64,000 bases of DNA. Source: the human T2T-CHM13v2.0 reference genome, Homo sapiens. A model generated the notes under the pieces. That model saw only the letters and a list, made by a program, of their open reading frames with translations, made no database searches and had not been told where the DNA came from. The position numbers and the translations under genes are program-made. The stretch lies in NCBI RefSeq assembly GCF_009914755.1, contig NC_060927.1; one strand, given 5' to 3'. Below, piece by piece: positions 1 to 12,919 of the stretch (position 1 is the first letter of the stretch; the number at the start of each line of letters is the position of its first letter).

Positions 1-795
1 TATATAAAGTATATATATATACACTTTAAGTTCTGGGATACATGTGCAGAACGTGCAGGTTTGTTACATAGGTATACACGTGCCATGGTGGTTTGCTGCA
101 CCCATAAACCCGTCATCTACATTAGGTATTTCTCCTAATGCTATCCCTCCCCTAGACTCCCACCCCCTGACAGGTCCCAGTGTGTGATGTTCTCCTCCCT
201 GTGTCCATGTGTTCTCATTGTTCAACTCCTAGTTATGAGTGAGAACATGCGATGTTTGATCTTCTGTTCCTGTGATAGTTTTCTGAGAATGATGGTTTCC
301 AGCTTCATCCATGTCCCTGCAAAGGATATGAACTCATCCTTTTTTATGGCTGCATAGTATTCCATGGTGTATATGTGCCACATTTTCTTTATCCAGTCTA
401 TCACTGATGGGCATTTGGGTTGGTTCCAAGTCTTTGCTATTGTAAATAGTGCAGCAATAAACATACATGTGCATGTGTCTTTATAGTAGAATGATTTATA
501 ATCCTTTGGGTATATACCCAGTAATGGGACTGCTGGGTCAAATGGTATTTCTGGTTCTAGATCCTTGAGGATTCGCCACACTGTCTTCCACAATGGTTGA
601 ACTAATTTACACTCCCACCAACAGTGTAGTGTTTCTATTTCTCCATATCCTCTCCAGCATCTGTTTGTTCCTAACTTTTTAATGATCGCCATCTAACTGG
701 CATGAGATGGTATCTCATTGGGGTTTTGATTTGAATTTCTCTAAAGACCAGTGATGATGAGCTTTTTTCCATATGTTTATCGGCTGCATAAATGT
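1..795 (-). mobile_element. 5'-truncated primate L1 (L1PA7/8-like): 3'UTR plus ORF2 C-terminus
   Basis: ORF 222-692 encodes the ORF2 C-terminus ([25 protein letters not shown]...HMFSL-like). The 3'UTR reads ttctgggatacatgtgcagaacgtgcagg. Confidence 0.92.
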
Positions 796-806
796 AAAAG
801 AAGGTG

Positions 807-982
807 GTCTTAACCAAGGGTCTCAGACCTAGGCCTGAGTTTCAAGAGATCTGTGTCCCTGATGAAATTATATGCAAAATTGCATATGGATGTGACCATG
901 TGCATTTTTCTAAGAAAAGTGTTCATAGCATGTATTTCCTCTCAAAGGAGTCTGTGATCTCCAAATGTTCATGAACCCCTGG
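807..982 (-). mobile_element. hAT-Charlie MITE (Charlie4z-like)
   Basis: Ends ggtcttaacc...atgaacccctg; internal tgaaattatatgcaaaatt and ctcaaaggagtctgtga resemble the remembered consensus. Confidence 0.55.
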
Positions 983-1509
983 GAAACACAGAATGGACTC
1001 AACACAGAAAGGGAGGATTTCAAGGCAGCTCTGAAGAGTTTGTAATCAGGAACCAGAGCTGAGTCACAGGGTGAAAATTCTCTAATAAGAGGAAGAAAGA
1101 TCAAGCAATAGCCTGATCCAGGCCAGGTGGGATGCCACAAAGGTCAGTTCCATGGATCAGCCACAGTGACTCAGGGGCCCTCAAAGGAGGCCTTACTCAC
1201 ATGTAGAACGGCAAGGCCTGCCAGCTCACCAGAGCAGGGTTCCTGTAAATCCTGCCAACCAGTAGATCTAATTCTGCAGGATTACTCACAAACAGATGGG
1301 ACTAGGTCCTATTCACCCCAACTTCAGTCTAGCTCACAACCAACCCCATCGTGTTGAGCACTGGACCTCTATTTCTCTTTCCCCACATCCATTCCATGAT
1401 ATCTCTATGGGCAGACAGGACACCATGGGAAAAGAGGATAGGTGTTGGCCCCAGGAGGCCAGCAAAAACACATGAGTGTTACGTCTCACAAGATCTTTTG
1501 TCAGAGTAG

Positions 1510-1705
1510 ATAGTTGACACATTAGGCCAAGACAGTCGTTCAGATTTAAAGTTTAATTGATTAAAACCAAACAAAGTTTAAAATGCACTTCTTCAATTAT
1601 ACTAGCCATTAGTTACAAGTAAGCAATAGCCATAAATAGTTAGTGGCTATTGTACTAGATAATAGAGCTATAGATCATTTCCATCATCACAGAAAGTTCT
1701 TCTCT
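1510..1705 (-). mobile_element. MER3 hAT MITE
   Basis: catttccatcatcacagaaagttct and tagtggctattgtact match the reverse complement of MER3. Confidence 0.7.
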
Positions 1706-2064
1706 ATGTAATCTAGCACTTAAGCCTATGACACAAACAATAATTACAATACAGAGAAAGGAAGAGTCTAAAGTGAACAGAAATTGCTCTAAATAGCTTC
1801 TGAAGGAACTAATATTCAAGTTGAATTTCCGGGAATGAGATGGAAGCCTGGGAAGGAGAATTTCATTCAGAGTCCGTAAGAGAAACAAAAGTGATAATAA
1901 GGAGAAGAAAATGGGCCCAGGCCTGGATGGAGCCTGGTACATGTTCATGATGAACATATATTACAGGGATGGAAGGATGAGTGAATGGTAGGAAATGAGA
2001 TAAGTAGGCAAGGTATAGGGAGATTGCACAGGAATTTCAATGTCTGGCACAGTAATGTAGGCAT

Positions 2065-2330
2065 GACAACAATAGCTAGTAACACTGGCTATCACTTATT
2101 TAATGCTTATTGTGTTTCAAGTTTTGTAACAAGAGATTTATACAAATTATTAAATACAAATTATTACATTTACTCCTCACAGCACCAGGAGGTTAAGTAT
2201 TTTTAACTCTATGATAAGAATGACAAAAACTGATTTTTGGAGAATTTAGATATAACATGCCCAGGGTCATGCAGTGAGGAAATGGTAGGCTGTGATTCAA
2301 ACGAATACCATTGTCACCAATGCCTTCACC
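2065..2330. mobile_element. MIR remnant, preceded by degraded L2 at ~1750-2050
   Basis: aatagctagtaacact...tttaatgcttattgtgtttcaag and catgcccagggtcatgcag are MIR core-like. Confidence 0.55.
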
Positions 2331-4732
2331 TTATACTTTCATTCTCCCTGCTCATCCTCCAAAAATCTTTCTTTTTAATTGGGAAGGGCTTTGCCTCCAC
2401 TCTTTACAGTATAAATCCACAGTTTCCAAGGTGTCTCTTCTGAAAATCCCTTTACCTTTTTCTGATCCTCGAGAAAATACTCTCTTAACAGGGAGTCCTT
2501 AGCAGTTTAGAATGTATAGCATTAGCAAGAGCAGGAATATGGCAGGAAGGGCTTGGAAAATGGCAGCGATCGACCCTGCAGTGTGAATAAGAGGTGTGTA
2601 GAAAAAGAGGCCCTTGTACTTAAGGATTCACCAACTTTTCAACTGATATCATGCAGAAAGTTACCCCCTGACTTCAGAGCCCTTCTATCAGGTGTGCAAG
2701 ACAGGGTTCCTGGCCCCATGAACTCCTGTCACCGTTGTGGCTCCTCTCATTGTTTCTTATTCTTCTAAGAAAATTGCTTGCTGTATTCTTCTGTAGGTTT
2801 GAGTTTTGGAGTTTATACATATGGACGCTTCCCTCCTTTACAATCCTGACTACAATTTGACCTGGCTGCTCCTGGGCAGACCCGTGACTATAGATTGGAA
2901 CAAAAGGCTTCCCAGAGGAGAGAGAGACGTTAACATGCTTTTCTATGCCTCTGTGCTTTTTCTATAAAAATAGAATATTAAGTTAACAAAGCATAACAAT
3001 TCATCTCAAAGTATTATAGATAAAAATTGATTACAGCATTTAGAGCAAGATTTGAAGAAATACATATACCTTGTTACTACCTTTAACAGTAATCATTCAC
3101 TGTTTAATCTAACTTTGGCACTTGCTCAACACGTAAACTGGAATGTGCCTTGTGTCTTTCCTTTTAGTTAAAATCCTGTGTAGGGTTGATACTTGGCTCT
3201 TTTTCTTTGGGGCATTAGAGATTTTGGCACCAACAAGTATTCCACACAGATTCTCTCCAGCTTTTTACAGTTTGAGCTGCCTTCACACAGCTGATCAGTG
3301 AGAAGGTGCCCTGCTGCGGTCTTAGCATTCTAATTAACAGTCTTTCTATCTAATCACTCTGCTCTTCTACATGACAGAGACTGACCTTCTACTCCACAGC
3401 ATTGCCAACAGCCAAGAAGAGAAAATGATTAGAGCCCAGCCACATAATATCCATGGCATGGAACATACACACTCACACACATACACGTGCTCAGGAAAAG
3501 CTTATTATGGAAAACCCCAGGGGGAAGGGAGGACCAATCAACCCCTCCCAGTGTTTACCCCTGCTTCATTTGCTGCAGTCCCCTCACTCTTCTAAGAGAA
3601 ATGATCATGACCGCCACTATAACTGCTTCAGGCAGCAATTTGCTCTTCATATCTATCTTGGCTTAGATTTTAATAGGTATCTTTTTGATAAGTATCTTCA
3701 ATATGTATCTAAGACGAAAGTGGAATTTTTTTGAATTTTTGTCTTTAAAAAACTATAGCAAGAATAAAAGAATAGAAAGCACAGGTAAAATCACAAGTGA
3801 GGTTACAGGCAGATTTCGCATCTTTAAATTACCAAAGGCTTGACAAAATTATTTGGCCAACACCATTTACTGAAATCACCCAAATTCATCTAAATTCACC
3901 TCACCTCTGACTTGTTTAATTTTCCCAAATTTAATATACCTCTATTTTTCTCGGCACAGTTTGGGCCCAGATTTGCTAGTGACCTGTATGACCTGTATGG
4001 CTGGTGCCATCAGTCCCAAATTCTCTCTGTCTCATACAAATGAAATATCTTTCTACTAGAAGTTTATGTGCTTACCAGTGATCATAAATGAAGTATAGTT
4101 CCTTATTTCCTGCCCACAAGAGCTAGGTAGGTTTCTTAATGTCTTAATGTAAGTTGATGACACGTTTGCCCTAACTCATAGATTGTGCAAGAATGAACTG
4201 CCATTGAGTTTGATTGCTTATAGATGGATTTTGATGAAGTTAATTTGAAGATATTGAAGGCTGCTTACTGTGCTTAATAAAAATCTTTATTCTTTTAGTT
4301 TACAAAAAGTTAGATGTTATTGAGCCAATTAGATCCTGTGTGTGGTCTGTGGAGGTGCCTGCAGTCTTCAGTTCATTGACGGAACAAAGTGATAGACACA
4401 CCCAAGGCCCAGTGAACTGACAAATCCTCCCTTGGTCAGAAGCTATCTTTGCTCATGTGTGCAGGTACTCCTAACACATTCAAGGGCTCATCCCCTGCCC
4501 CTCTAGCCACTCACATTCCCACTACCATCCACACCCACCCCTTCATTTCCACTGCCAAGGTTATTATAAAAATGAGAAGCCCTTTATGCAATAAAAATGC
4601 ATATGGCCACAGAGGGGAAGCCATTCAATTCCAAACCTCCTCAATCCCAATCTAGCACTGTGTTCAATCCTACTTCCCTTCAGTATAGCTTTCCAAGTAG
4701 TTTATTTTTTTTCATTCAGTCTAAATTGAACT

Positions 4733-5188
4733 TGTATTGGTTACAGTAGGCTAAATTTATGTAACAAAACATCCACGGATGTAATAGCTCAAACACAAAA
4801 GCAGTACTCAACACAAAAGCAGTATAAACTTGCTCATGTAATATTCCAAGGCAAGTGTTTCTGAGTCAGCAAGAAGCTCTTCTTTACATGCATTCCGGGA
4901 TCCAGGCTTCTTCCAAAGCTAAACCAATCCCTAGAGCCCCATCATCCTCTGCATTCATTTGGCAGAAAGGGAAAGACCACTGGGAAGACCCATCTGCCTC
5001 GTAAAGGCCAGAGCTCAGAAGTGTTACACAGCACTTCCGCTCACATGCCAATGGTGAGAACTGGTCACGTGGCCCCAGCTACTGCAAGAGAGTAGAGGAA
5101 GTGTTGTCCAACTGGGCAGCAGCTTCCTATGACTAAGTAGAAGGGAAGAAGAGGTTTTGGTGGGCAGCCAGTAGACCTGGCCACCAAC
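4733..5188. mobile_element. Old MaLR LTR (MLT1 family)
   Basis: Starts tgtatt...; contains ggatccaggcttcttcca, acttccgctcacatgccaatgg and ggtcacgtggcc. Confidence 0.6.
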
Positions 5189-5519
5189 CTTAAACAAATA
5201 AAGGGGAGAAGATTTGGTTAATGAAAATCACATAGGCAAAAAAAAAGAAGGACTCTGACTTTAGTCCTTTCTTTGAATTACTTTTTTTTTTTAATTATTT
5301 GGGTGGGGTTTTTTCAAAGCAATTTATGCCTTGCAATTTTGTTCATATGCTTATTTGTATTCTTTTCTCTTAACCTGTCTACTAAAAGATTTGAGACTGG
5401 TACTAAAGTCAAAGAGGAAGAAACAATATTAACTTTTGTTCAAGACCAATGCAAATATTGTAAGCCAAAATGTGTTGCCAGGCAAAAGGTCAGGGAACTA
5501 GTCTAGTTTTCCCATAAGT

Positions 5520-6010
5520 ATGGTTCCTGACTACCTCCTCAAAGTCATTTTCCACCCATCTTCCCCTCATGCACCACATTCTAGCTTCACTGCCTTGCCT
5601 ACTCTTCCCAGAAGAATCCAACCACACTTCTACATCATGATATTTGCATCTGTTCTCTCTGTCTGGAAAACTCTTCCTCCAGATACTAACATGGCTTGCC
5701 CTTTTATTTAATTCAGGTACCAAACAAATGCAGCCACTTTAGAGAGACACTTCCTAACTTTCTTATCCAATGTAAAATAGTATCCTGTTCCTAGCCCCCA
5801 CATCACCTTTACCCTTTTACTCTGCTTTTTCTTCATAATACTTATCACTACTATTGTACATTACACTTTTGTTCATTTATTTTCTTATGCCCATTTTTCT
5901 CACTAGCTTGTAACCTACATGTAGGCAAGGACTTAATTGCTGTTATCGCCATCAACTTAGACATATGTGGCACAAGGTAGATGCGCTATATTTCCTGGAT
6001 GAATGAGTGT
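5520..6010 (+). mobile_element. L2 3' fragment
   Basis: gtctggaaaactcttcctccagata...gtggcacaaggtagatgc...gatgaatgagtg L2 3' end. Confidence 0.6.
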
Positions 6011-6282
6011 ATTTTATTGGGTATAAACAAAGCCACAAAAATAAATACTGTTCAAACCACACTAATATTCAAAAAGTTCTCACCAAAAAAGGAAACTGTT
6101 TTGTTGCTCTAGTTTTTTCTTCCCTTTTTAAGGGGTAATGAGTGACAACTGGATATCCATATGCGAAAGAATAAAGCTAGACCTCTTCCTTACACTATAC
6201 ACAAAAATTAACTCCAAATTGCTTCTAGAAATCAATGTAAAAGCTAAAACTACAAAATTCTTAAAATAAATAAATCTCTGTT

Positions 6283-6565
6283 GTCCAAGCATGGTGGCTT
6301 ATGCCTGTAATGCCAGCACTTTGGGAGGCTGAGGCGGGCAGATTGCTTGAGTCCAAGAGTTCAAGACCAGCCTGGTAAACATGACATGATGAAACACTGT
6401 TTCTACTGAAAATACAAAAAAAAAGCTGGGCGTGGTGGCACGTGCCTGTAGTCTCAGCTATCTGGGAGGCTGAGGTGGGAGGATCACTTGAGCCAAGGAG
6501 GTCAAAGCTGCAGTGAGCCATGATTGTACCACTGCACTACGGCCTGTGGGAGACCAGAGTAAGAC
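6283..6565 (+). mobile_element. AluJ
   Basis: Two-arm Alu with J-type gaggatcacttgagcc and gctgcagtgagccatgatt. Confidence 0.9.
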
Positions 6566-6665
6566 AAGAAAGAAAAGAAAAGAGAGAATGGGAAAGAAAG
6601 GGAAATAAAAGGAAGGAAGGAGAGAAAGAAAGAAAGAAAGAGAGACAGAGAGAGAGAAAGAAGGA

Positions 6666-6717
<52 letters not shown>

Positions 6718-6924
6718 AAAGAAAAGAAGGGAGGGAGGCAAGAGGGAAGGGAGGGAGGGAGGAAGGGAGGGAGGGAGAAAGTAAGGAAGGAAGGGGAAGA
6801 GAGAAAGAAAGAGAAAGAAGGAAAGAAAGGAAAGAAGGAAGGAAGGAAGGAAAGAAAGAGGAAGGAAGGAAGAAAGAGAGAAAGAAAAAGGAAGAAAGAA
6901 AGAAAAAGAAGGAAAGAAAGGGAA
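6566..6924 (+). repeat. Compound (GAAA)n/(GGAA)n/(GGGA)n polypurine tract grown from the Alu tail
   Basis: ~360 bp almost entirely A/G, with a perfect GAAA run at ~6665-6718. Confidence 0.95.
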
Positions 6925-7367
6925 ATCTTTGTGACATAGGTGACATTGGGTTGGGCAATGCTTTCTTAGATGCAATACCAAAGGCATAAGTGATAAAAGA
7001 AGAAATAAACTAGACTTCACCAAAATTTTAACCTTAGCTCTTCAAGAAACACCATCAAGAAAGCGAGAAGATAACCCACACATAATGGCAGAAATATTTG
7101 CAAATCTTTTCTTTGATAAGGGACTTATACCTAGAATAAAGAGCACTTAAAACTCAACAATAAAAAGGATAATAACCCAATTTTTAAATAGGCAAAGGAT
7201 TTGAATAAACACTTCTCCAAAGAAGATATACAAATGGTGTGTGAATTACCTCCCAATTTTTTAAAAAAGAGTAATGAGCCCTTTGTTGGGTTTGTTTCAG
7301 GGACAGACTCTAAATCCGTATCACGCCTACATTGTTGATACTTTACTTAAACCACTTACAATGTTCT

Positions 7368-7557
7368 AGAGCTGTGGTGGTCCCAAAGTATGGTCCCCGA
7401 ATCAAGGGCATCAGCATCCTCAGGAACTTGTTAGCAAACTCTCTGGCCCCTCTCCAGACCTACTGTATCAGAAACTCTGGGGTGGGACCCAGCAGCATGT
7501 GTCTCATTAAGCCCTCCAGGAGATTCTGATGCTCACTAAGGTATTAGATCCACTTCT
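7368..7557. mobile_element. MER5A
   Basis: cccaaagtatggtcc...cagacctactgtatcagaaactctggggtgggacccagcagc...aagccctccaggagattctgatgc. Confidence 0.85.
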
Positions 7558-9627
7558 CTGGGCAAGGAGGAGCATAAGGTCTCTTTCCTTAGAATAGGTC
7601 TGACTGTACTAAATTCCTACCCATCTCCACCCTCAGGACATTGGATGAGCCCTGTTCTTTCTTTTTCAATAAAAGGCAGGGCTACTTTGCTCTTTTCCAT
7701 TCTTCTTACTCCATGTATTCTGTGCATATGGCTACCCACTCCCACCCCTCTGATTGTCTTTCTCCATATGGCCACCCTGGTAGAGATGATATTCCAATAT
7801 TTAGGTTTGGGGAAGCTAGGAAATCCCATTTCCTATTCATGAGATCTTAGGCACATGGACAACTCAGTCTCTGACCAGAGGACACTGCATTGACATGTTG
7901 TGTATATGATTCCCAATTTGTTATTGTCCCTTGGGTATACAGCTCCCTTGAAAACTCCATGGGGAAAAGAGGTACTGTCAGGCCAGGATGGAGGCATTTT
8001 GGGTCCCTGTCTGAATGACTTTATAATAGCATCAAAACCACCCTCAACCTCTAACACCCACCAGCATGACATTTATCATAACTCCCAGGTTTATACCATG
8101 TTTACTTTGCTTACCAAACACCTACCCCTCTTAAATAAACCTAATTAATTCATTTACCCACATCTCCACCTACATGGTCAGTATGATCAGGGAGCAGTCG
8201 TGTACACAATCCTTATATGCTTATTAGGGGGGTTCTGGGAAGCTTGCAGGCATAGGCAGTTGGTCTATGGTTTCCGAGGGTCAGCAACAGAACCCTGTCA
8301 CCTTAGGCAGCAAAGCTCCAGGCCTATTCCCCACAAGAAAGCAAGCCTCTTATTTAAGTCTTGATTATAGGTTACCTGCCCTCACAAGGATCATTCCTGG
8401 GGCAAACAAGTGACTTCTATCAGCCATGCTCAAGGTGTATGCATATGTGTGGATATAATACATCCAGAGACATGAAAATAAATCCCTCACTGGCTCCCTT
8501 TCTGCAACAGAAAACAGAAATAGAGAAAAACTTAACAACTGCAAGCTCAGAGCCAAGTTATCAGAAACCAAATTAAAGCTGTTGGGTATTTTTGTTGAAA
8601 CATCTCTACCTCTGAAATCTAATTTCTTGCAACTTTCCATATAGGATCCTGTGTTGTATTATTTATAAGAAAATAATATTCTGGCCTCCCTTGACAGCAT
8701 TTCCAGGCTGCAGAAACCACTGTAGCCATGAAGTAACAGAATAATTTTGGTAATGTTTCCATAGCTACCTTGCTTCAAAGTGAGGTTTATTCTGTTTTAA
8801 AGTCTGCTGACCTATTCACAACCTTATTTGAAGTATTTTCAATCTAATCCCTCGTCTGCCTATTATTGTCTTAATGTTCTTGTGATTTCTATATTTAAGG
8901 AGGCCTTGGATGCATAAATATATGGTAATCAGGACTTACAGTTAGATATAACAATATGATGATTTTTTTTTCTATTCTTTTCCGATGTGTATTCATCATG
9001 TCCCTCCCTTGCAACACAGGGAAACCTTCCTGAGGATTTTGGAGGTAAAGGCTGTTTAAGGTACACTGGTGCCCTCTCGTGGCCACTCTGGCCTTGGGCT
9101 TTCCTTCCCAGAAACCTCTTAGACAATTGATTTTGCAAGAGGTTAATGAGAAAGTATACCTCAAAATGCCATTGCTAATTGTCATGAGTGTCCTTGTGTC
9201 TGTGTCTTTTGCCCCCTGCAGGCATGAGGGTCTGTCTGAGTAGCAATGTAACCCTGAGGGACCCAGGCCTCTGCTCTTTCCTTCCAAGGCATGCTTCATT
9301 AATAAGAAATGCTGTTCAGGGGTTAGGCCTTAGGAAGTGACCTGGGACACACGTAAGGAGGAAGATGACAGACCAAACAACTTTCAGAAAGACTCTGAAA
9401 TGAAGAAAATCCACAGAAAGAAAAGGTGGGGCTTCACCTCAAGAGAGCACAGCTTATCAAGAAAGAGAGCAAGGAACAGGTAGTACCATATGCCTTTTTA
9501 ACAACTGAAAATATAAACCCCGTGCTGGCTCAGAAAGCATGACAAAGCAATCAGTAAAATCCTAATTAATTCACTGTGACTCATTTTTATTCAATAGACA
9601 TAAGAGTGGGTGAATAATACATGGGCC

Positions 9628-9834
9628 CAGTATTGTCCAATAGAACTTTCTATGATGATGGAAATGTTCTATATCGGTGTTGTGCAATACAGTAACCACC
9701 AGCTCCTTGGCCTATTGAGCACTTGGAATGTGAATAGTGAAACCAAGGAACTGGATTTTTAATTTTATTTCATTTTGGTTACTTTAAATAGCCACATGCG
9801 ATTAGTGGCTACCATATTGGAAAGCCCAGGTCTA
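9628..9834 (+). mobile_element. MER3
   Basis: tgtccaatagaactttctatgatgatggaaatgttcta...tagtggctaccatattgg. Confidence 0.85.
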
Positions 9835-11046
9835 GGGGGACAGATAACTACAATATAAGCAGAATTCATAGTATAAGCAAGTACAAATAAAGTTCCATGG
9901 TGGAAGGGGGAAATAGGGATGATCAGAAAAGTTTCAAAAAACAGGAGGCATTTGAACTAGACCTTGACGAATGGGTTGATCTTATTAGCAGAGATGATAA
10001 GGAGAGCATTCCAGACATCAGAAATAGTATGCACAAAGGTGTGAGGTGGGAAAACTTTACGTAAGTGTTGTAGAAACAGGTGTGGAGTGTCTCCAATATG
10101 TGGCTGGATGTAACATGGGAAACATTGATTGAAAGCAAGGAATGTGAAGCCTTTGATGCCTTGAAGGGTATTTTGGCTAAAATCAATAAACAGTAAAACC
10201 TGCAACAATCCCTCCACTGAAAAAGACTTGGAGGGGAAATGAAAGCCTGTTCTAATGTGGGAGAGACTGGGTTCCCAGGGGGCTAGGAACTCTGTAGTAG
10301 AAGCCACTGAAGCCATTGTGTGGAGAAACTGGAGGGAGGAGGGCCTCAAGGCAGGGTATGGAGGAAACCATTCCAACAGTTGACCCAATGAGAGATAGGG
10401 AGGGCCTTAACAAGGATAAGGACTGAGAGACTCCCATTTGGTTCCCCTTACCTCCTACACACGATGCATCAGAACTGCCATGCTGTTGTGATCCTAGTGG
10501 AACCAAATACCAGAGTCAGAGTAGTGTCATACTGTATGACATGCCATTCAGCAATCAAAAAGTAATTTCAAAATAACTTGCATTCTTTCTTGAATTTCTC
10601 AAATACCTTTGGGCTGCCTCAGGTCATCCCCCCAGCATCCTGAGGGCTGTGGCCCTCAAAGAAATTCTTTGTTCTCCCATCTACTCCCTCCATGCACCAG
10701 AGCCACTCTCGCACATTTCCCCAAAGCTGCCCAGAAAACCTTCCTGCATCACTAGGCCCTGAGCCCCCTATCCTTCCTCCCTCTCCCTTTCCTCTCACCT
10801 TCCCAGCTCTCTCTCCATCCCCCAGTCTCCATTTTCTGTCCCTCCAAATTCTAAGGAACAGTTCCCCTCGTTGTATAGGGGAGAGCAGGAAACAGAGCCC
10901 ACAAACCAAAAAGAATCTTTAGGTGGCAGGGAAGGGTGAAAGCTGGGAATTTTTATAGAATCACCTGCCTCCCACCCCCCAAAAAGTGGATCTCCTACTT
11001 CAGTGTCTCCCCTCTCCTCCTCCTGCTTCTCTTTCATCTCTTTCTA

Positions 11047-11217
11047 CAGTAATATCAAAGTAGAGTCCTTAGACCAGCAGCATTGCATCTGCTGGGAGCT
11101 CATCAGAAATGCAAATTCTTGAGCTGCACTTCAACTTACTGAATTACAAGCTCTGGGAAAAGGGCCCAGGAGCCCAGGAGACATGGATTACATTAAACTT
11201 CAGAAATCAGTGGTCTA
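11047..11217. mobile_element. MER5A (internally deleted)
   Basis: gaccagcagcattgcatc...tcagaaatgcaaattctt. Confidence 0.7.
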
Positions 11218-11220
11218 ACA

Positions 11221-11532
<312 letters not shown>

Positions 11533-12050
11533 GGAATCACTGGTATAACAGATTTGAGAGCCATCACTATCTCTTTTGCTTCTGGGGGTGCTGTCATGTG
11601 AACTTGGCTGGGTCCATCTGCCCTTCTAATGTATCTTAGAACTAGGCAATGGGGAGTTTCCCAGGCAGAGACATGCCAACATTCACACCTAATCCTCCTC
11701 CCCACAAGAGTCCTGGCTACACATCATGGCTCACAAGGAAAATGAGAGAATCTAGAGGAACACTGAGGGAGGCACACTGCTGTAAACACAAGTGATGGCC
11801 TCCAGAGGCATCAGGCAGCTCTGGACTATGAGCAGGAAAGCATGCCTGAGGACAAGATTTATGTTTTCCATAAAGGAAGCAAATGTGAAGACCATCTCCT
11901 AACACCCCAATGCTGGGTTCTATCTCACCCTCACTGCAGCCTTGAAATGCCAGGAGTGAGAGGCTAAACTGCTGCCATAGTCCCACTGGTAGCCCATTCT
12001 GTCACACAGAAAGCATATTAGAGGAGTGCACTTTCTAGTTCAGACTCTAA

Positions 12051-12455
<405 letters not shown>

Positions 12456-12919
12456 TAGGATAAAAGTGAAGCCATACCTAATATCACTTTCTGCTTCTAT
12501 ATCCAGCCCCAGGGTCTCAGATGTATAATTCAATTTATAAATTCTCCTCCAGATTAACTGCTAGTCTGGCCTCCCTTTCTCTTAGCAGAAATACTACCAG
12601 CCAGCAGGAAGAATTGGAGGGGTAAGCTTTCAAGATAGTATGAAGTCCCATATTGTTATCCCGACTGAATCCTGCCCCCCTTGGTTCTCCTGCCCCCCAG
12701 CAGGCTGCCTGCTGCAGGACTTATCGAGTAAGCACACAAGGCAGAGCATACCTCTTGATTACTGTTGCATGTTTACAAACCCAGCCTGGAAACAGTAGTT
12801 GTGGTCCTCCTCACCACACATCCATTCCAGGCAGCAGGGTGTCCTGCCCAGAAAAGTCCATCTTTAATCACTGTGGGTCTTGAAAACCCTCACATAGAAG
12901 ATGGCGTCTCTCTGTCTTC

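Larger units (their letters stand above)
6135..7240 (+). mobile_element. Old L1M ORF2 fragment interrupted by an Alu and its purine tail
   Basis: caactggatatccatatgc...acaaaaattaactc before the Alu; resumes at aaatctttgtgac...ttctccaaagaagatatacaaatgg. Confidence 0.75.

Noticed and set aside
6458-7023. Long S/F/L-rich and K/E/R-rich ORFs
   Set aside because: Translations of the purine microsatellite and the Alu.
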